DNA from: Azolla caroliniana
Taxonomy: Eukaryota; Plantae; Polypodiophyta
Length of the DNA stretch: 64,000 nt
Reading direction: 5' to 3'
NCBI GenBank assembly: GCA_043228905.1
Contig: JBHGNT010000006.1
Span: 1,798,001 to 1,862,000 of the forward strand
Shown piece by piece: positions 62,861 to 64,000 of this stretch (positions within the stretch are counted from its first letter, which is position 1; each line of letters starts with the position of its first letter). A model generated the notes under the pieces. The model did not search any database, had not been told where the DNA came from, and saw nothing but the letters and a program-made list of their open reading frames with translations. The position numbers were made by a program, and so were the translations under genes.

Positions 62861-64000
62861 ATGGGTGCATCAAGCCTATTGTTAGGTACTCCCCTGTGCC
62901 TACAAAATCAATCACATGAAAGGGGCTATGTGAACACATCATTCTCAGCAAACCTAGATACGTTGAATCTGGATACAATAAAAATCACTACTTGGGAATC
63001 ACTCTCTACTGAAGAGGTGATCAATTTCTTGGAAAAGAAGCATGTGGAACTACCCTCCATTAATGCCCTTTCAAAGATCTTGTATAAATGCAGAAAGGAA
63101 AAGGATATAGGTTATGCAAGGAGAGCGCACAATTATGTTCGGGAAAATGGTCTCGAATGTCATAAATTTCTTGGGAATTACCTCATCCCAATGTTTGTTG
63201 ATTGTGGGAGTTTAGGTGATGCTCAAGATGTGTTTGATCGATTGGTCTATCGGAACGAGTATGCTTGGTCTTCTCTTATCCATGGATATATTACATCTGG
63301 AGACGCCCAACGGGTACTTAACTTGTATGAACAAATGCAAAAAAATGGTGTCTATCCTAGTGCCTACACATTTTTAAGCTTGTTAAAGGCATGTATTAGA
63401 GTAAAGAGTGTGGAAAAAGGTTGGGAATTGCATAGTCAGATTGTTAACTCGGGATATGAAAGGAACCAACTTGTGGGTAATACTTTGGTGGATATGTATG
63501 CGAAATTTGGATCACTCCTGGAGGCTCAATGTGTGCTTATGAGGATCCCGACTCGAGATGTAGTATCCTGGACAGCATTGATAGGTGGCTATGCTGAACA
63601 TGGTCTCGATGAAGAAGTATTAATTTGTTTAGAGCAAATGAAGCTCGAGAATGTATCGCCAGATGCAGCTTTATACGTATGTAGCTTGAAGTCTTTTAGC
63701 AATGCTGGATCTGTAGCCAGAGGTAGGTATATACACTATGAGGTCATAAAAGTGGGATATGAAAATGACCTCCTGATTCAAAACATTCTGGTGGATATGT
63801 ATGCTAAATGTGGCTCATTGATAGATGCATGGGAAGTTTTTCAAAAAATGCCTTCAAGAAGTGTCATCTCATGGACTACTCTCATTGCTGGTCATGCTCG
63901 ATGTGGTGAATGTGAAATGGTCTTTCAGCTGTTCGAAGAAATGGTGGACGATGGCGTTCGTCCTAATGATACCACTTTCCTCATTCTTCTGTCAGTGTGT
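62861..64000 (+). CDS. PLS-class PPR protein, 3'-truncated by the window edge (absent from the ORF track)
   Basis: Open frame from ATG 62861 to the end: ...ILYKCRKEKDIGYARRAHNYVRENGLECHKFLGNYLIPMFVDCGSLGDAQDVFDRL..RNEYAWSSLIHGY...GNTLVDMYAKFGSL...RDVVSWTALIGGYAEHG...LVDMYAKCGSL...PNDTTFLILLSVC. Confidence 0.9.
   Translation, partial: MGASSLLLGTPLCLQNQSHERGYVNTSFSANLDTLNLDTIKITTWESLSTEEVINFLEKKHVELPSINALSKILYKCRKEKDIGYARRAHNYVRENGLECHKFLGNYLIPMFVDCGSLGDAQDVFDRLVYRNEYAWSSLIHGYITSGDAQRVLNLYEQMQKNGVYPSAYTFLSLLKACIRVKSVEKGWELHSQIVNSGYERNQLVGNTLVDMYAKFGSLLEAQCVLMRIPTRDVVSWTALIGGYAEHGLDEEVLICLEQMKLENVSPDAALYVCSLKSFSNAGSVARGRYIHYEVIKVGYENDLLIQNILVDMYAKCGSLIDAWEVFQKMPSRSVISWTTLIAGHARCGECEMVFQLFEEMVDDGVRPNDTTFLILLSVC

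Overview
Intron-rich land-plant nuclear DNA, most likely from a fern. This is inferred from a DYW:KP-type PPR gene, PPR N-termini of the kind seen in ferns and a divergent plastid rpoC2 insert; the species cannot be determined. Six host genes can be built by hand: a 12-exon BTB/POZ (germ-cell-less-like) gene (-), a type-B response regulator (-), a 21-exon NSF gene whose first intron is a minor-spliceosome AT-AC intron (+), a PLS-E-DYW:KP PPR gene that is a candidate U-to-C editing factor (+), a granulin-containing papain-like protease (+), and a second PLS-PPR gene running off the right edge (+) behind an orphan PRP39 exon. Accessory DNA includes a PPR pseudogene split by a solo LTR, a LINE 3' fragment, an rpoC2 NUPT and many short tandem duplications. 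The best candidate for an undescribed system is an 8.4-kb Mutator-like element sitting in an (ATAC)n microsatellite. Besides a decayed MULE/SWIM transposase and a nested gypsy fragment, it carries a spliced accessory gene of unknown family and arrays of one GGTYRCCCAA motif at both ends and internally, a layout reminiscent of Arabidopsis VANDAL/VANC anti-silencing elements. All exon coordinates were read by eye and family assignments come from motif recognition, not database searches.
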